In this document: in pieces, positions 27,888-39,920 of the stretch | How the letters are laid out: each line of letters starts with the position of its first letter | Position numbering within the stretch: the stretch's first letter is position 1 | Made by a program: the position numbers and the translations under genes | The notes under the pieces: model-generated | Databases searched by the model: none | Told to the model about the DNA's origin: nothing | Seen by the model: only the letters and a program-made list of their open reading frames with translations | Assembly (NCBI GenBank): GCA_045649825.1 | Contig: JAZRQO010000021.1 | Location: 6,388 to 70,387, forward strand | Source: Clostridia bacterium | GTDB taxonomy: Bacteria > Bacillota > Clostridia > UBA1381 | Length of the DNA stretch: 64,000 nt | Reading direction: 5' to 3'

Positions 27888-29226
27888 ATTCAGGCAATGC
27901 CCTCTTCCATTTTCCTGATATATAAAACACAAGGGATATAGCCATACCGATTATCCAGCCAACGGGCCATGCAAGCCAGATTCCCGTACTGCTTTTTAAA
28001 AGGTATGAGAAAACATATGCAAGAGATGCCCTGAAAATCAGGTCTATCGTGGTTGCAATAACAAAAAGCTTCATTGCTCCCGCACCTCTTGTTATTCCGT
28101 CGGCTACTATCTTTGTGCAGACGATTACGTAAAAGATAGGAACAATTGAAAGGAAGGTCTTTCCGATTTCCATTGCTTCTCCCGGCTCGTTTATAAATAT
28201 TCCGATTAAGCTTTCACGGAAGAAATAATACGCCGCAGTGAATACCACCGTTACAGAAATCCCAAGCACAAGTCCGCTTTTAAAGCCTTGCTTAACACGT
28301 TCAGTCTTTCCTGCACCCATATTCTGAGCCGCATAGTTTGACATTGCATTTCCCAGTGTTGAAAGGGTAGTTATATAAAAATTATTAACCTTTATAGCTG
28401 CAGAATACCCTGCCATAGCGGCAATTCCGAAACTGTTTACTGCTCCCTGTATACAGATATTACCGAATGATACAAATATCTGCTGCATCATACTGGGAAC
28501 CCCTACTCCCGCTATTCTTATAAACATAGGAAAAGAAAACAGCGGGGCTTTTTGGGTTTGAGGAAGCTTTTTGAGCTTCAGCAGTACCGTTACAAATGCA
28601 AGCACGCAGCTTATTCCCTGACAAATAAAGGTTGCCCACGCAACCCCCGCAATTCCAAAGTCAAGCCCTGCCACAAACCATATGTCCATCATAATGTTTG
28701 CACAGGAGGATGCGGCAAGGAATATAAACGGAGTTTTCGAGTCGCCAAGTGCCGAGAATATTCCGTTTGAAATATTATAAAAAAATAAAAACGGAAGCCC
28801 CGCCGTGTATATGTTAAGATACAAAAGCGTATCCCCCATTATTGCTTCGGGGGTTTTTATAAGCCTCAGTATAAACGGCGAAAGCAAAAATCCAAGTAAT
28901 GCAAGAATTACACATACTATGCCGCTTGCTATAAAGTTGGTGCTTACTGCAGTTTTTATATCTTTTATTTTTTTTGCGCCAAAGAGCTGTGACACAACTA
29001 TGGAGCTTCCCATATTACAACCGAATGCTACTGCAAGATACACAAGCGTTATCTCATAAGCATTACCCACCGCAGCCAAAGCACTGTCACCTATGAACTT
29101 GCCTGCTACAAAGCTGTCGGCTATGTTATAAAGCTGCTGAAAAACCACACTTCCCATCAACGGGATAGAAAAGCTTATAAGAGCTTTCCCGGGATTTCCA
29201 ACCGTCAAATCCTTAGCTACTGCCAT
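27886..29226 (-). CDS. MATE family efflux transporter
   Basis: 12-TM protein. The start at MAVAKDLTVGNPGKALISFSIP is typical of MATE N-termini. Confidence 0.8.
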   Translation of the reverse strand: MAVAKDLTVGNPGKALISFSIPLMGSVVFQQLYNIADSFVAGKFIGDSALAAVGNAYEITLVYLAVAFGCNMGSSIVVSQLFGAKKIKDIKTAVSTNFIASGIVCVILALLGFLLSPFILRLIKTPEAIMGDTLLYLNIYTAGLPFLFFYNISNGIFSALGDSKTPFIFLAASSCANIMMDIWFVAGLDFGIAGVAWATFICQGISCVLAFVTVLLKLKKLPQTQKAPLFSFPMFIRIAGVGVPSMMQQIFVSFGNICIQGAVNSFGIAAMAGYSAAIKVNNFYITTLSTLGNAMSNYAAQNMGAGKTERVKQGFKSGLVLGISVTVVFTAAYYFFRESLIGIFINEPGEAMEIGKTFLSIVPIFYVIVCTKIVADGITRGAGAMKLFVIATTIDLIFRASLAYVFSYLLKSSTGIWLAWPVGWIIGMAISLVFYISGKWKRALPE

Positions 29227-29272
29227 ACCCATTCCTCCAAAGAGGCTGTTGCATTGCAACAGCCTCTGTAAA

Positions 29273-30061
29273 TTATCTTAACTTAATAACCTTTTTAGGA
29301 CACTTTTCTGCACATTTTCCGCAGACTGTACATTTTGAATAATCAATCCTTGCACAGTTATTCTCAACGTGTATTGCATCTGATTCGCAGACCTTTTCAC
29401 ACATTTTACAGCCTATACAGCTAGCCTTGCAATGTCTGTTTGCAGACTGTGCTTTTTCCTCGTTTGTACAAGCGACAATTATTTTTGTTTCTGCCGGAAT
29501 AAGCTCTATGGTATGATGAGGACAGATTGCCGCGCATGCACCGCAACCACTGCACTTTTCAGGGTCTACCACGGCTACTCCGTTTTGGATTGATATAGCG
29601 TCAAAGTTACAAACATTCACACAGCTTCCGAATCCGATACAAGCATTACGGCAGTGCTTATGCCCGCCGGCGAGCTTTGACATTGCGATACAGTCATGTA
29701 TGCCCACGTATTCGTATTTAGTAACAGTGTTGTCACAGGTTCCGTTACATTTAACATATGCAACCTTAAACTCCACATCACCTGCATTAACTCCCATAAT
29801 TTCCGCTATCTTCTCAGCTACAGGAGCTTTACCAACGGGGCAACAGTTCACGGGTGCACCGTCTTTCACAATTGAAGATGCATATGCAGAGCAACCTGCA
29901 AATCCGCAGGCACCGCAGTTAGCACCGGGAAGCACTTCGGTTATTTTATCTATTCTTTCATCCTGCTTAACATGGAAAACCATTGAAGCAAATGCAAGAA
30001 GCACTCCAAAAAACAATCCTAATCCACCTACAACGAGGACAGGTATAATAAGTTCATTCAT
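29273..30061 (-). CDS. rnfB: Rnf electron transport complex subunit B
   Basis: N-terminal TM segment and multiple CxxCxxCxxxCP ferredoxin motifs. It is the last gene of the rnf operon. Confidence 0.9.
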   Translation of the reverse strand: MNELIIPVLVVGGLGLFFGVLLAFASMVFHVKQDERIDKITEVLPGANCGACGFAGCSAYASSIVKDGAPVNCCPVGKAPVAEKIAEIMGVNAGDVEFKVAYVKCNGTCDNTVTKYEYVGIHDCIAMSKLAGGHKHCRNACIGFGSCVNVCNFDAISIQNGVAVVDPEKCSGCGACAAICPHHTIELIPAETKIIVACTNEEKAQSANRHCKASCIGCKMCEKVCESDAIHVENNCARIDYSKCTVCGKCAEKCPKKVIKLR

Positions 30062-30074
30062 CTACTTGCCCTCC

Positions 30075-30656
30075 TTATATCGAAAATCCTGAAAATCCCA
30101 TAAAGGCAATAGCCATAAGCCCTGCAGTAATGAGAGCTATGGGGAAACCTCTGAAGGACTTAACAACTGCACTTTCATCCAGATACTCCCGTATACCTGC
30201 CATAAGAATAATTGCAAGAGTAAATCCGAGAGCCGCAAACGTACCGTTCAAAAACGAAAGCAAAAATCCGTACTCATTCTGAACATTAAGAAGAGTGACA
30301 CCAAGCACTGCGCAGTTGGTTGTTATCAAAGGAAGATAAATACCGAGCGCGTTATACAGTGCTGGAAGTGACTTTTTAACAAACAATTCCACGAACTGTA
30401 CAAGACCTGCAATAATGAGAATAAATGCTATAGTCTGTAAATATTCAAGATTAAATCTTTCAAGGAGAAAATGGTTAACTGCCCAGGTAAACACCGATGC
30501 AATTGCCATAACAAATGTTACCGCCATTCCCATTCCCATTGCTGTTTCAACCTTTTTTGAAACGCCAAGGAAGGGGCATATTCCGTAGAACTTTACCATT
30601 ACAAAATTTTCTGTAAGGAGTGCGGCTATGAGTATTGAAATTATTTCTTTAATCAT
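30075..30656 (-). CDS. rnfA: Rnf complex subunit A
   Basis: [21 protein letters not shown] is typical of RnfA/NqrE. Confidence 0.9.
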   Translation of the reverse strand: MIKEIISILIAALLTENFVMVKFYGICPFLGVSKKVETAMGMGMAVTFVMAIASVFTWAVNHFLLERFNLEYLQTIAFILIIAGLVQFVELFVKKSLPALYNALGIYLPLITTNCAVLGVTLLNVQNEYGFLLSFLNGTFAALGFTLAIILMAGIREYLDESAVVKSFRGFPIALITAGLMAIAFMGFSGFSI

Positions 30657-31254
30657 TCTTGCCACCTGCCTTTGCTGTTATTGCATTGATTGCACCAACA
30701 ATAATACCGAGGACTATAAATCCGCCCGGTGCAAGGGTTATTATTGATGCCGGCTGAATAATGTCACCGTAGAGTTGTATACCCCAGATTGTACCTGCAC
30801 CAAGGATTTCACGAACTGCCGAGATAATACAAAGTGCAATTGTAAATCCAAGACCCATGGAAAGACCGTCAAGAGCCGATTTGCCAACACTGTTCTTTGA
30901 AGCAAATGACTCCGCACGGGCAAGAATAATACAGTTTACCACTATAAGTGGAATAAAAATACCAAGAGATTCTGCAAGGTCGGGTACGTATGCATTAAGA
31001 AGCATTTCGATTAAAGTAACCGCCGTTGCAATTACAACTATGTATGCCGCAATTCGTATCTTATCGGGAATAAGCTTCCGGAGAAGTGATATAATCACGT
31101 TTGATGCAATAAGCACCGCCGTAGCTGAAAGTCCCATACCAAGTCCGTTTTTTAGGGATGTTGTTACCGCCAGGGTAGGACACATTCCGAGAAGCTGAAC
31201 GAAGGTTGGGTTTTCTTTAAGAAGTCCGTTTTTTATAATATCTGTTGCTTTCAA
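30649..31254 (-). CDS. rnfE: Rnf complex subunit E
   Basis: [23 protein letters not shown]. The start is ambiguous: either the TTG at 31254, preceded by GGGAGGAG, or the GTG at 31272. Confidence 0.85.
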   Translation of the reverse strand: MKATDIIKNGLLKENPTFVQLLGMCPTLAVTTSLKNGLGMGLSATAVLIASNVIISLLRKLIPDKIRIAAYIVVIATAVTLIEMLLNAYVPDLAESLGIFIPLIVVNCIILARAESFASKNSVGKSALDGLSMGLGFTIALCIISAVREILGAGTIWGIQLYGDIIQPASIITLAPGGFIVLGIIVGAINAITAKAGGKND

Positions 31255-31268
31255 AATATCTCCTCCCT

Positions 31269-31820
31269 TCACTGTTCTTTTATAAGAAGCTCTGCAGCTT
31301 CAAGAGCCTTATTCACTGCTTCTGTTACTGCCTTTGAAGTAATGGTTGCGCCTGACATGGCATTAATTTCGTTTCCTGTTGCCTTACCTCTTGAAACACC
31401 TATATCTTTTGTTTTACCTTCAAACTGTGATGTAAATTCAGGCTTTTCAGCATTAGCACCAAGACCTGGGGTTTCACTATGGCTTAGTATATCTATGCCT
31501 GTAACCTCGCCGTTTGCATCTATACCTGTTATAAGCTTGATTTCTCCGCCGTAGCCAAACGCAGAGGATACAACACAAACGCCTGCAAGCTTATCGCCTG
31601 AGTTGCCGATATAAACCTCGTCTACACCCTCAATCCCTGCTTTTATAAAGATTTCAGCTTCCGGCAAAACAGTACGCATTGCGGCTTCTGTTTTAAGCCT
31701 GTTATTTTCTTCAATAATAGGTGCCGTAATTTTGTTTGCAAACGCAAGAAGCAATGCAGACACTGCAGTTATGGCAAAAAGTATGAGTCCGACTCTTATA
31801 ATTTCTTTGGTTTTTATCAT
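31269..31820 (-). CDS. rnfG: Rnf complex subunit G (FMN-binding)
   Basis: N-terminal TM segment and the SGATITS flavinylation motif. Confidence 0.9.
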   Translation of the reverse strand: MIKTKEIIRVGLILFAITAVSALLLAFANKITAPIIEENNRLKTEAAMRTVLPEAEIFIKAGIEGVDEVYIGNSGDKLAGVCVVSSAFGYGGEIKLITGIDANGEVTGIDILSHSETPGLGANAEKPEFTSQFEGKTKDIGVSRGKATGNEINAMSGATITSKAVTEAVNKALEAAELLIKEQ

Positions 31821-32782
31821 TTTATTTTGCCTCCTTCCGTACCAAAAGCTCTTGGCTTTGTTGCATTCTCAATAAGGGGAGATGCAACATTCATAAGAAG
31901 AATTGCAAAAGACACGCCTTCGGGGTATCCTCCGAATTTACGGATTACAAAAGTAAGCACTCCGCATCCCACACCGAATATAATCTGCCCGAGAGGCGTG
32001 GTTGGAGTTGTTACATAATCGGTAGCCATAAACAATGCTCCGAAAACAAGACCGCCTGTAAGCACCTGCATAATAGTATAATACCACTGTGACATTTCGC
32101 CTGAGTTCCCGAAAACATATGTAAGTACAACAAATGAAAGAATGAATGAAACAGGTATTCTGCAGGTTACAACTCTTCGGATAAGAAGATATATAAATCC
32201 GATTATAAGGCAAAGTGCAGATGTTTCACCGATACAGCCACTTTTTGCACCGAGTATTGCCTGAGTAAGCGTTGGCATGGCTCCCTCAGCTCCTGATTTC
32301 ATTATTGCAAGAGGAGTTGCAGATGTTACTGCATCAACTCCGGTAAATGCTGCCGGTGTAAATGTTGTCATAGCTCCAGCCCAAGCAATTACCATAAAGC
32401 ATCTTCCTGCCAGTGCGGGATTTAAAAAGTTCTTACCAAGACCGCCATAGAGCTGCTTTACTATAACTATGGCAAATGCACTTCCGGCAACTACCATCCA
32501 AAGAGGTATTCCAACCGGCATATTCATACCGAGTATTACACCGGTAACCGCCGCACTGAGGTCGGTAAGTGTAGTTTGTTTATGTGTTAATTTTTCGAAA
32601 ATCCACTCAGAAGCCATACATGCCGCAACTGCCGTCAGAATTACAACTGCACTGCGGAATCCAAAAAACAGGACACCTGCAACACAAGCCGGCATAAGAG
32701 CAATGATAACATCCAGCATTATGGCAGAAACTGTTTCATTTGTATGAACGTGAGGGGATGAAGAAACAATAAGCTTTTCCAT
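31817..32782 (-). CDS. rnfD: Rnf complex subunit D
   Basis: Polytopic NqrB/RnfD-like protein with SPH near the N-terminus and a TSATPL motif. Confidence 0.9.
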   Translation of the reverse strand: MEKLIVSSSPHVHTNETVSAIMLDVIIALMPACVAGVLFFGFRSAVVILTAVAACMASEWIFEKLTHKQTTLTDLSAAVTGVILGMNMPVGIPLWMVVAGSAFAIVIVKQLYGGLGKNFLNPALAGRCFMVIAWAGAMTTFTPAAFTGVDAVTSATPLAIMKSGAEGAMPTLTQAILGAKSGCIGETSALCLIIGFIYLLIRRVVTCRIPVSFILSFVVLTYVFGNSGEMSQWYYTIMQVLTGGLVFGALFMATDYVTTPTTPLGQIIFGVGCGVLTFVIRKFGGYPEGVSFAILLMNVASPLIENATKPRAFGTEGGKIK

Positions 32783-32806
32783 AAAAGTTTTCCAATCCTT
32801 TCGTTA

Positions 32807-34129
32807 TTACTTCTGCTGTTTTGAGCGTTTTATTGCAATGATTGCCTGCTTACCCACACGTATGTTATGAAGCAAATTCTGCTTTGACGGGCAAATATAT
32901 GAGCAAAGACCGCACTCAATACAGTCGAGAATGTTATACTTCTCTGCCATTTCATAATTCTTTGAAAGAGCAAAACGGTTGATGTTAAGGGGCATAAGCT
33001 GCATCGGGCAGTGGCCTACACATTTTCCGCATCTTATACAGGGAGTTTCGCTGGAATATATATCGTCAATATTTTTAAATGCCAATATTGACGACGTGGT
33101 TTTAACTGTGGGTGGTTTCAGATTATACTGAGCTATACCCATCATAGGTCCGCCGCAGATAACCTTTTTAGGCTCTGCCGAAAATCCGCCTGCCTTCTCA
33201 AATAAGAACTCTATGGGCACTCCCGTTGGAGCATCGAAGTTTACGGGATTGTTCACACAGTCACCGCTTACCGTTACAACGCGGCGAACAACAGGCATAC
33301 CATTTACAAACGCATTCCACATATCATATGCAGTAGCTACATTCATTACAACCACACCTACATCTGCAGGAAGCTTTCCTGACGGGACCTTACGCTTTGT
33401 TATGGCACTTATGAGCTGCTTTTCTGCACCTTGGGGATATTTTGTCTTAAGCATTTTGATTTCTATGCCGTTATCGTCTTTAATATACCCGGAAAGAGCT
33501 TCTGCACAGTCGGGTTTATTAACCTCAATACCTATATATGCTTTGTCAAGACCGAGAACCTGCATTGAGATTTTTATGCCTTCAATAATTTCTTTGGGAT
33601 TTTCAAGCATACGACGGTGGTCAGCGGTGATATAAGGCTCACACTCTGCACCATTTAAAATCAGATAATCAATCTTCTGCTTTGGATTGAGCTTAATAAA
33701 GGTAGGAAAACCTGCACCGCCCATTCCCACAAGACCTTTTTCACGGATTACTGCAAGCAGCTCATCCTTTGACATCTTATCAAAGGCTTCAACAGGCTTA
33801 ACGCTTTCATGAACTGCGTATTCCATATCATTTTCTACATATATGGCATCAATTTTGTCGCCACCGGGATGAAGTCTATGCTTTATAGTTGTTACCTTTC
33901 CCGAAACTGAGCTATGAACGGGAACTGACATAAATGCATCACTGTCGGCAATCTTCTGCCCTACTTTTACAGTATCTCCCGCCGAAACCAAAGGCTTCAG
34001 AACAGCGCCTATATGCTGCTGAAGTGGGAATATATGCTCGGGGTAGTCAGGTAATTTTACGGTATGTACTGAGTTTGTAAGGTTTTTATGGTCTGCCACA
34101 TGGAAACCACCCTTAAATGTATAAGCCAT
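32807..34129 (-). CDS. rnfC: Rnf complex subunit C
   Basis: GMGGAGFPT NADH/FMN-binding motif and two 4Fe-4S motifs (CIRCGKCVGHCP, CIECGLCSYICP). Confidence 0.9.
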   Translation of the reverse strand: MAYTFKGGFHVADHKNLTNSVHTVKLPDYPEHIFPLQQHIGAVLKPLVSAGDTVKVGQKIADSDAFMSVPVHSSVSGKVTTIKHRLHPGGDKIDAIYVENDMEYAVHESVKPVEAFDKMSKDELLAVIREKGLVGMGGAGFPTFIKLNPKQKIDYLILNGAECEPYITADHRRMLENPKEIIEGIKISMQVLGLDKAYIGIEVNKPDCAEALSGYIKDDNGIEIKMLKTKYPQGAEKQLISAITKRKVPSGKLPADVGVVVMNVATAYDMWNAFVNGMPVVRRVVTVSGDCVNNPVNFDAPTGVPIEFLFEKAGGFSAEPKKVICGGPMMGIAQYNLKPPTVKTTSSILAFKNIDDIYSSETPCIRCGKCVGHCPMQLMPLNINRFALSKNYEMAEKYNILDCIECGLCSYICPSKQNLLHNIRVGKQAIIAIKRSKQQK

Positions 34130-34190
34130 TTTTACCTCCTGTTTATTAATTGTGATAAAATTAACAAAATCTACAATCTATTTTTAGTCA

Positions 34191-34219
34191 ATTATACCAT
34201 ACTTTATTATTATTTGCAA
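34191..34219 (-). promoter_or_regulatory. Sigma-A promoter of rnfCDGEAB
   Basis: The minus strand reads TTGCAA (34219-34214), 17 nt, then TGG-TATAAT (34196-34191). Confidence 0.6.
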
Positions 34220-34228
34220 TACTTTATG

Positions 34229-34258
34229 CAAAAAAAGGACGTAAAACGTCCTTTTTTG
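34229..34258 (-). terminator. Intrinsic terminator after glgD
   Basis: Stem GGACG (34237-34241) / CGTCC (34247-34251), extended by flanking A/T pairs, with A- and T-runs on both sides. Confidence 0.75.
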
Positions 34259-34261
34259 CAA

Positions 34262-35377
34262 TTAGATTTGTCCACCTTTTTCTATTGCCAGAGGATAGCT
34301 GTCCTGTCCGAGAAGTCTTCTTCCGGCAGTTACGTGTACCTCTTTATCAAACACAACATAATCAAGGGAAACATTTTCATTAATAACTGAATCCTGCATT
34401 ATAATTGAATTCTTTACAACTGCACCCTTTGCCACCTTTACTCCTCTTGAAAGAACTGAATTTATTACCGTTCCTTCAATAATGCATCCGTCACCTATAA
34501 GAGAGTTTTCAACCAAAGCCTCCTCGCCATACTTAGTGGGTGCTCTGTCCTTGCTCTTTGTGTAGATTGGATGTTCGGAATTTAGCAGCTCATCCTTAAT
34601 ATCGTGGTCAAGGAATGCCATATTATTTCTGAAATATGCCTTTAGAGAATCTATTTTATCTGTATAGCCCGTATATTCGTAACCAAACACACGAAGAGCT
34701 GAAAGCTTCTTGATAACCGCATCCTTCATAAGGTCGTGCTCGCCTCTTGCTATACACTCATCGAGTATACTGCAAAGAAGTGCTCTTTCCATAACATACA
34801 CATCAAGGCCTGTATTTGATGTTTTGGGATAATAGGGTTCGATTTCTATATCGGTAACTCTTCCCTCTTCATCCATATCAATAAGCGTAAATCTTGAAAG
34901 CTCGCTATCGCTGAGTTCCGGCATTTTTTTATAAACAACGGTTATATCCGCCTGCTTTTCGATATGCTCCTCAAGTACTTCCTCAAAATTGATATTGTAA
35001 AGGCTTGTTCCAAGTGACAGGATAACATATGTTTCCTTAGCCTTTGCAATGTAGTCATACACACCCTCAAGCATATCAATATCGCCTCTGAGTGTACTGT
35101 ATCTTGCCTTATGCATATTGGGCGGCAGAATTGTAAGTCCCCCTGATTTACGGTCAAGGTCCCAGGGCTTTCCTGATTTTATGTGGTCCATCAGGGACGT
35201 ATAGTTTGAAGCCGTTACAACACCAACATTCCTGATACCTGCATTAGCCATATTTGAAAGAACAAAATCTATAAGTCTGTAGCTTCCGGCAACGGGGAGT
35301 GCGGCAACTGAACGGATGTCGGTTACCGGTGAGATTTTTTTGTCACCGGAAAGAATAATTCCTCTTGCATCAATCAT
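34262..35377 (-). CDS. glgD: Glucose-1-phosphate adenylyltransferase subunit GlgD
   Basis: Nucleotidyltransferase plus left-handed beta-helix architecture, lacking the GlgC catalytic GGxGxRL. It is directly downstream of glgC. Confidence 0.85.
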   Translation of the reverse strand: MIDARGIILSGDKKISPVTDIRSVAALPVAGSYRLIDFVLSNMANAGIRNVGVVTASNYTSLMDHIKSGKPWDLDRKSGGLTILPPNMHKARYSTLRGDIDMLEGVYDYIAKAKETYVILSLGTSLYNINFEEVLEEHIEKQADITVVYKKMPELSDSELSRFTLIDMDEEGRVTDIEIEPYYPKTSNTGLDVYVMERALLCSILDECIARGEHDLMKDAVIKKLSALRVFGYEYTGYTDKIDSLKAYFRNNMAFLDHDIKDELLNSEHPIYTKSKDRAPTKYGEEALVENSLIGDGCIIEGTVINSVLSRGVKVAKGAVVKNSIIMQDSVINENVSLDYVVFDKEVHVTAGRRLLGQDSYPLAIEKGGQI

Positions 35378-35398
35378 TTTTTACACCAACCTTCCCTT

Positions 35399-36607
35399 TT
35401 ACGCCTCTATCATAGAGCCGCAAGCTATAACTTTATTTTCTTCAATAACCACGCCGTCTTCAATAAGCACTATATCGTGGGTGCACATAGGCGAAAGACT
35501 GCTCTTATCCGCGTCAGGGGCTTTACTTCCCACAACTGCACCGTCTTTGATAACTGTACCGGGGCCGATTACACACTTTGAAATATTAACATTCTCACCA
35601 ATAACAACACCGTGCATGATAACGGAATCGGTGATATTAGAATTCTTACCTACTGTTACATTTTCAAAAATAACACTGTGGTCTACGTTTCCGCTTATAT
35701 TACAGCCGTTACCGACGGAACTGTTTTTAATCTTTGTTCCGGGTGCTATATAGTGCGGCGCTCTGGTCTGATTTCTTGAATAGATGTTCCACTCATGTCC
35801 GTAAACATCAAACTTTGGCGGTGTATCAATCAAGTCCATATTAGCTTCCCACAAGCTCTGAACTGTTCCAACATCCTTCCAGTAGCCGTCGAAACGGAAG
35901 CTTACCATTTTTTCGCCTGCTTCCAGCATTGCAGGGATAATATTCTTTCCAAAATCGTTTGCAGATTCGGGGTTTGCCTCGTCTTCTGTAAGGTATTTTT
36001 TGAGCTTTTGATAATCGAAAATATAAATACCCATAGAAGCAAGATTGCTCTTAGGCTCCTTTGGCTTTTCTTCGAATTCGGTTATATAACCGTTTTCGTC
36101 AACATTCATTATACCAAATCTGCTCGCTTCCTCCCATGGAACGGGCATCACTGCAATTGTAACTGCTGCTTCTGTTTTCTTATGAGCCTTGAGCATTTTT
36201 GCATAGTCCATTTTATAGATATGGTCCCCCGACAAAATAAGCACATTTTTAGGATTGAAGTTCTCAAGGAATACTAAATTCTGATAAATAGCATTAGCAG
36301 TTCCTTTATACCACTCGCCTGCAGTAGCGCTCTGATACGGGGGCAGCACGTAAACACCGCCGTCGTTACGATTAAGATCCCAGGGGATACCGTTACCTAT
36401 ATAAGTATTTAGCTCAAGTGGCTGATACTGAGTAAGAACGCCCACCGTATCAATTCCCGAATGAACACAGTTTGAAAGAGGAAAATCAATAATTCTGTAC
36501 TTTCCTCCAAATGGCACTGCCGGCTTTGCAACCTTCTTTGTCAGAGCACCCAGACGGCTTCCCTGACCTCCGGCAAGTATCATTGCCACGCATTTTTTCG
36601 ATTTCAT
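35399..36607 (-). CDS. glgC: Glucose-1-phosphate adenylyltransferase
   Basis: [34 protein letters not shown]. Confidence 0.95.
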   Translation of the reverse strand: MKSKKCVAMILAGGQGSRLGALTKKVAKPAVPFGGKYRIIDFPLSNCVHSGIDTVGVLTQYQPLELNTYIGNGIPWDLNRNDGGVYVLPPYQSATAGEWYKGTANAIYQNLVFLENFNPKNVLILSGDHIYKMDYAKMLKAHKKTEAAVTIAVMPVPWEEASRFGIMNVDENGYITEFEEKPKEPKSNLASMGIYIFDYQKLKKYLTEDEANPESANDFGKNIIPAMLEAGEKMVSFRFDGYWKDVGTVQSLWEANMDLIDTPPKFDVYGHEWNIYSRNQTRAPHYIAPGTKIKNSSVGNGCNISGNVDHSVIFENVTVGKNSNITDSVIMHGVVIGENVNISKCVIGPGTVIKDGAVVGSKAPDADKSSLSPMCTHDIVLIEDGVVIEENKVIACGSMIEA

Positions 36608-38529
36608 TTAATATCCTTCCTTTCTGTACGGGACTTACATTTTTTCAAAAAGACGGTAGTGTTCCCGCTTATGCTGATTGTTATTGTATGGGACATATCG
36701 GAATACGGTTCTGCGGCTGCTTTATATTTCTGACGCCTTAAAAGATTTCCGCCAAAACGCTTGCTGTCGCTGGAGAAAACGACCTCGTATGTTCCCTCTG
36801 AGGGAACTCCTATTTTATAGACCGGTCTGTCGACGGGGGTGAAATTTGAAACCACGGTTACGTTGTCGTCAGGGTTTTTACCCATTCTCATATAGGATAT
36901 AACCGAGTTCTCATTATCGGAATAATTTATCCATTTAAATCCATCCCAGCTGTCGTCGCACTCCCATAGAGCTTTATTTTCTACATAAAACCTATTAAGC
37001 TCTTTAACGTATGCTTTAAGGCGTTTATTACTATCCAGCTCAAGAATATTCCATTCAAGCTCTTCGCTGTATCTCCATTCGAGCATCTGACCGAGTTCCC
37101 CGCCCATAAACATAAGCTTTTTACCCGGGATAGTCATATAGTAGGCGAGAAATGCCCTGTATGCCGGATACTTGTCCTCCATATTTCCGAAAAATTTATC
37201 AAGCATCGACTTTTTGCCGTGAACCACCTCATCATGGGAAAGAGGCAAAATATATTTTTCGGAATATGCATACATCATAAGGAATGTTAAGAGTGAATGA
37301 TTATCCTTTCTGAAATAGGGGTCCATAGAAATATATCTGAGACTGTCATTCATCCAGCCCATATTCCATTTAAAGGTGAAACCAAGACCGTCCTCTTCGG
37401 TAGGATGAGTAACCTTGGGCCATGCGGTGGACTCCTCTGCAATCATAAGAAATCCCGGAAACTCGGATTTCATATAAGAATTTAGCTTTTTGAAAAATTC
37501 TATTGCCTCCAGATTTTCCGTACCGCCGTATTTATTAGCAATCCATTCACCGTCCCTGCGGGAATAGTTCCTGTAGAGCATACTCGATACTGCATCAACA
37601 CGAAGTCCGTCGAAGTGGAATTCGGATGCCCAGTAATACGCAGAGGACATCAGAAATGATACAACTCCATCCCTGCCGTAATCAAACACCATTGTTCCCC
37701 AATCCTTATGCTCTCCCATTCGCGGGTCGGGATACTCATAAAGGGGCATACCGTCAAATATACGAAGTCCGTGGGCATCCCGTGGAAAATGTGCAGGTAC
37801 CCAATCCATAATTACATATATTCCATTTTCGTGACATTTATTCACAAAATACTTTAAATCGTCATTTGTTCCGTAACGTGAAGTCGGGGCAAAATAACCC
37901 GTCACCTGATACCCCCAAGAGCCGTCGTAGGGATACTCCATAACAGGCATAAGCTCTATATGAGTATAGCTCATTTCCTTAACATAAGGTATAAGCTCAT
38001 CAGCAAGCTCTTTATAGGAATAGAAGCTTCCGTCGGGATGAGTTTTCCAGCTTCCCGCATGAACCTCATAAATATTCATAGGCTCTCTGTAGGGTACACT
38101 GTTTTGCCGACTTTTTATAAAGCTTGAATCCGTCCATTTATAATCAGAACTTTCACAAACGCAGGATGCAGTCCCTGGACGAAGCTCACATCTTACTGCA
38201 TACGGGTCTGATCTGTCGTATACATTCCCGTCCTGTGCAGTTATACGGTACTTATAAAGCTGAAGCTCCCGTACATCATCAAAAATGCCGCTCCATATGC
38301 CTGTTTCGTGAATTTTTGTAAGCTTATATTTATCACCGTTCCAATTATTAAATTCACCAATAACACTGACTTCAACCGCATTGGGAGCCCACACTGAAAA
38401 ACACCAGGATTTTTTTGTTCCGCATTTAATTTTGTGAGTTCCGAACATTTTATATGCCTGATAGTTTGCACCTGTATTGAATAAATATATCTGATAATCA
38501 GAAATATATTTATTACCGTTGTCCGACAT
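36604..38529 (-). CDS. glgB: 1,4-alpha-glucan branching enzyme
   Basis: GH13 motifs (DWVPAHF, GLRVDAV, MIAEEST) and a 641-aa length. Confidence 0.95.
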   Translation of the reverse strand: MSDNGNKYISDYQIYLFNTGANYQAYKMFGTHKIKCGTKKSWCFSVWAPNAVEVSVIGEFNNWNGDKYKLTKIHETGIWSGIFDDVRELQLYKYRITAQDGNVYDRSDPYAVRCELRPGTASCVCESSDYKWTDSSFIKSRQNSVPYREPMNIYEVHAGSWKTHPDGSFYSYKELADELIPYVKEMSYTHIELMPVMEYPYDGSWGYQVTGYFAPTSRYGTNDDLKYFVNKCHENGIYVIMDWVPAHFPRDAHGLRIFDGMPLYEYPDPRMGEHKDWGTMVFDYGRDGVVSFLMSSAYYWASEFHFDGLRVDAVSSMLYRNYSRRDGEWIANKYGGTENLEAIEFFKKLNSYMKSEFPGFLMIAEESTAWPKVTHPTEEDGLGFTFKWNMGWMNDSLRYISMDPYFRKDNHSLLTFLMMYAYSEKYILPLSHDEVVHGKKSMLDKFFGNMEDKYPAYRAFLAYYMTIPGKKLMFMGGELGQMLEWRYSEELEWNILELDSNKRLKAYVKELNRFYVENKALWECDDSWDGFKWINYSDNENSVISYMRMGKNPDDNVTVVSNFTPVDRPVYKIGVPSEGTYEVVFSSDSKRFGGNLLRRQKYKAAAEPYSDMSHTITISISGNTTVFLKKCKSRTERKDIK

Positions 38530-38867
38530 TCTGAAACCCCCTGTTAATTTTAATAATTGTATCCGTCAGACGAAAAAAGCGAACTGACGGATTACGAAAA
38601 AATTTATATATAAAAATACAAATATATATTATATACCTTAATATGAGAATATTATACCACAATATTTATAGTTAGTAAATACTATTGTTAGATAAAAAAC
38701 AGGTATTTTTTTGTGTATTTTTAACAATATATTCCATATTTCTTTTAAATGTGGCAAGAACATTGTATTTTTATGCACATTTAAGCAAATATATGCAATA
38801 TGATTTTTGAAAGCAAAAAAGAATTTCAGGAGCATCATTTCAAACACTCCGAAATTCTTTATCTTTA

Positions 38868-39920
38868 TCACAGACAATCTATTTCTTTCATAAGCTCGTT
38901 TACAAGTTCTGATTCTGGAACTTTGCGTATTATTTCTCCTTTTCTAAAGATAAGACCTTCTCCCTTACCTCCCGCGATGCCGACATCCGCATCTCTCGCT
39001 TCACCGGGGCCGTTTACAACGCACCCCATAACTGCCACCTTTATATTTTTGTCAAGCTTGGCAATTCGATTTTCAACCTCAGAGGCAATAGTTATCAAGT
39101 CAATCTGTGTTCTTCCGCAGGTAGGGCAGGAAACAAGCTCTGCACCGCCGCGAAGTCCCAGCACACGAAGCAAGTCCTTAGCTGCATATATTTCACTTAC
39201 AGGGTCGGCAGTGAGGGATACTCTGATAGTATCGCCTATGCCGTGGGCAAGCAAACCGCCTATTCCTATTGCAGATTTTATTACACCCATTTTAGCAGTT
39301 CCCGCCTCTGTTACACCCACGTGGAGAGGCAAATCGGACTTACTGTGGAAAAGCTCATACGCCTTCATCATTTCAGGAACGTCGGAAACCTTTATTGACA
39401 CAACAGTGTTGTCAAAACTAAGACTTTCAAGAATTTCAACGTGCCTGAAAGCACTTTCAACCAAAGCGTCAGCAACAGGGTGCTTATATTTTTCTACCAG
39501 GTCCTTTTCAAGAGAGCCTCCGTTAACACCAATACGAATAGGAACTCCGTAATATGAGGCGCACTCTACAACTTCTTTTACTCTGTCACGGCTGCCGATA
39601 TTACCGGGATTTATTCTTATTTTGTTAACCCCAAGTTCCATGCACCGAAGAGCAAGCTTATAATCAAAATGTATGTCTGCAACAAGGGGGATATTAATTC
39701 TTTTACGGATTTCACCCATCGCCTCTGCTGCTGCATTATCAGGCACTGCACAACGGATAATTTCACATCCTGCGTCCTCAAGACGTTTTATCTGAGCAAC
39801 TGTTTTTTCAACATCACGTGTATCCGTATTAGTCATTGACTGGATTGCAATCGGTTCATTCCCGCCGATTTTTACTCCACCGATATTTACCACTTTTTTG
39901 ATTTTTTCACGTTTAATCAA
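38868..39920 (-). CDS. ispG: 4-hydroxy-3-methylbut-2-enyl diphosphate synthase
   Basis: IspG/GcpE pattern ([30 protein letters not shown]). Confidence 0.95.
   Translation of the reverse strand: MIKREKIKKVVNIGGVKIGGNEPIAIQSMTNTDTRDVEKTVAQIKRLEDAGCEIIRCAVPDNAAAEAMGEIRKRINIPLVADIHFDYKLALRCMELGVNKIRINPGNIGSRDRVKEVVECASYYGVPIRIGVNGGSLEKDLVEKYKHPVADALVESAFRHVEILESLSFDNTVVSIKVSDVPEMMKAYELFHSKSDLPLHVGVTEAGTAKMGVIKSAIGIGGLLAHGIGDTIRVSLTADPVSEIYAAKDLLRVLGLRGGAELVSCPTCGRTQIDLITIASEVENRIAKLDKNIKVAVMGCVVNGPGEARDADVGIAGGKGEGLIFRKGEIIRKVPESELVNELMKEIDCL

Noticed and set aside
38638-38877. 79-aa minus-strand ORF in the glgB/ispG intergenic region.
   Set aside because: It is a K/I/F/N-rich translation of AT-rich promoter DNA. 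It has no RBS and overlaps the ispG stop. It is most likely spurious.
38800-39552. 250-aa plus-strand ORF, S/P/T-rich.
   Set aside because: It lies entirely antisense to the well-supported ispG gene. Its low-complexity composition is typical of a shadow frame, and I saw no RBS.
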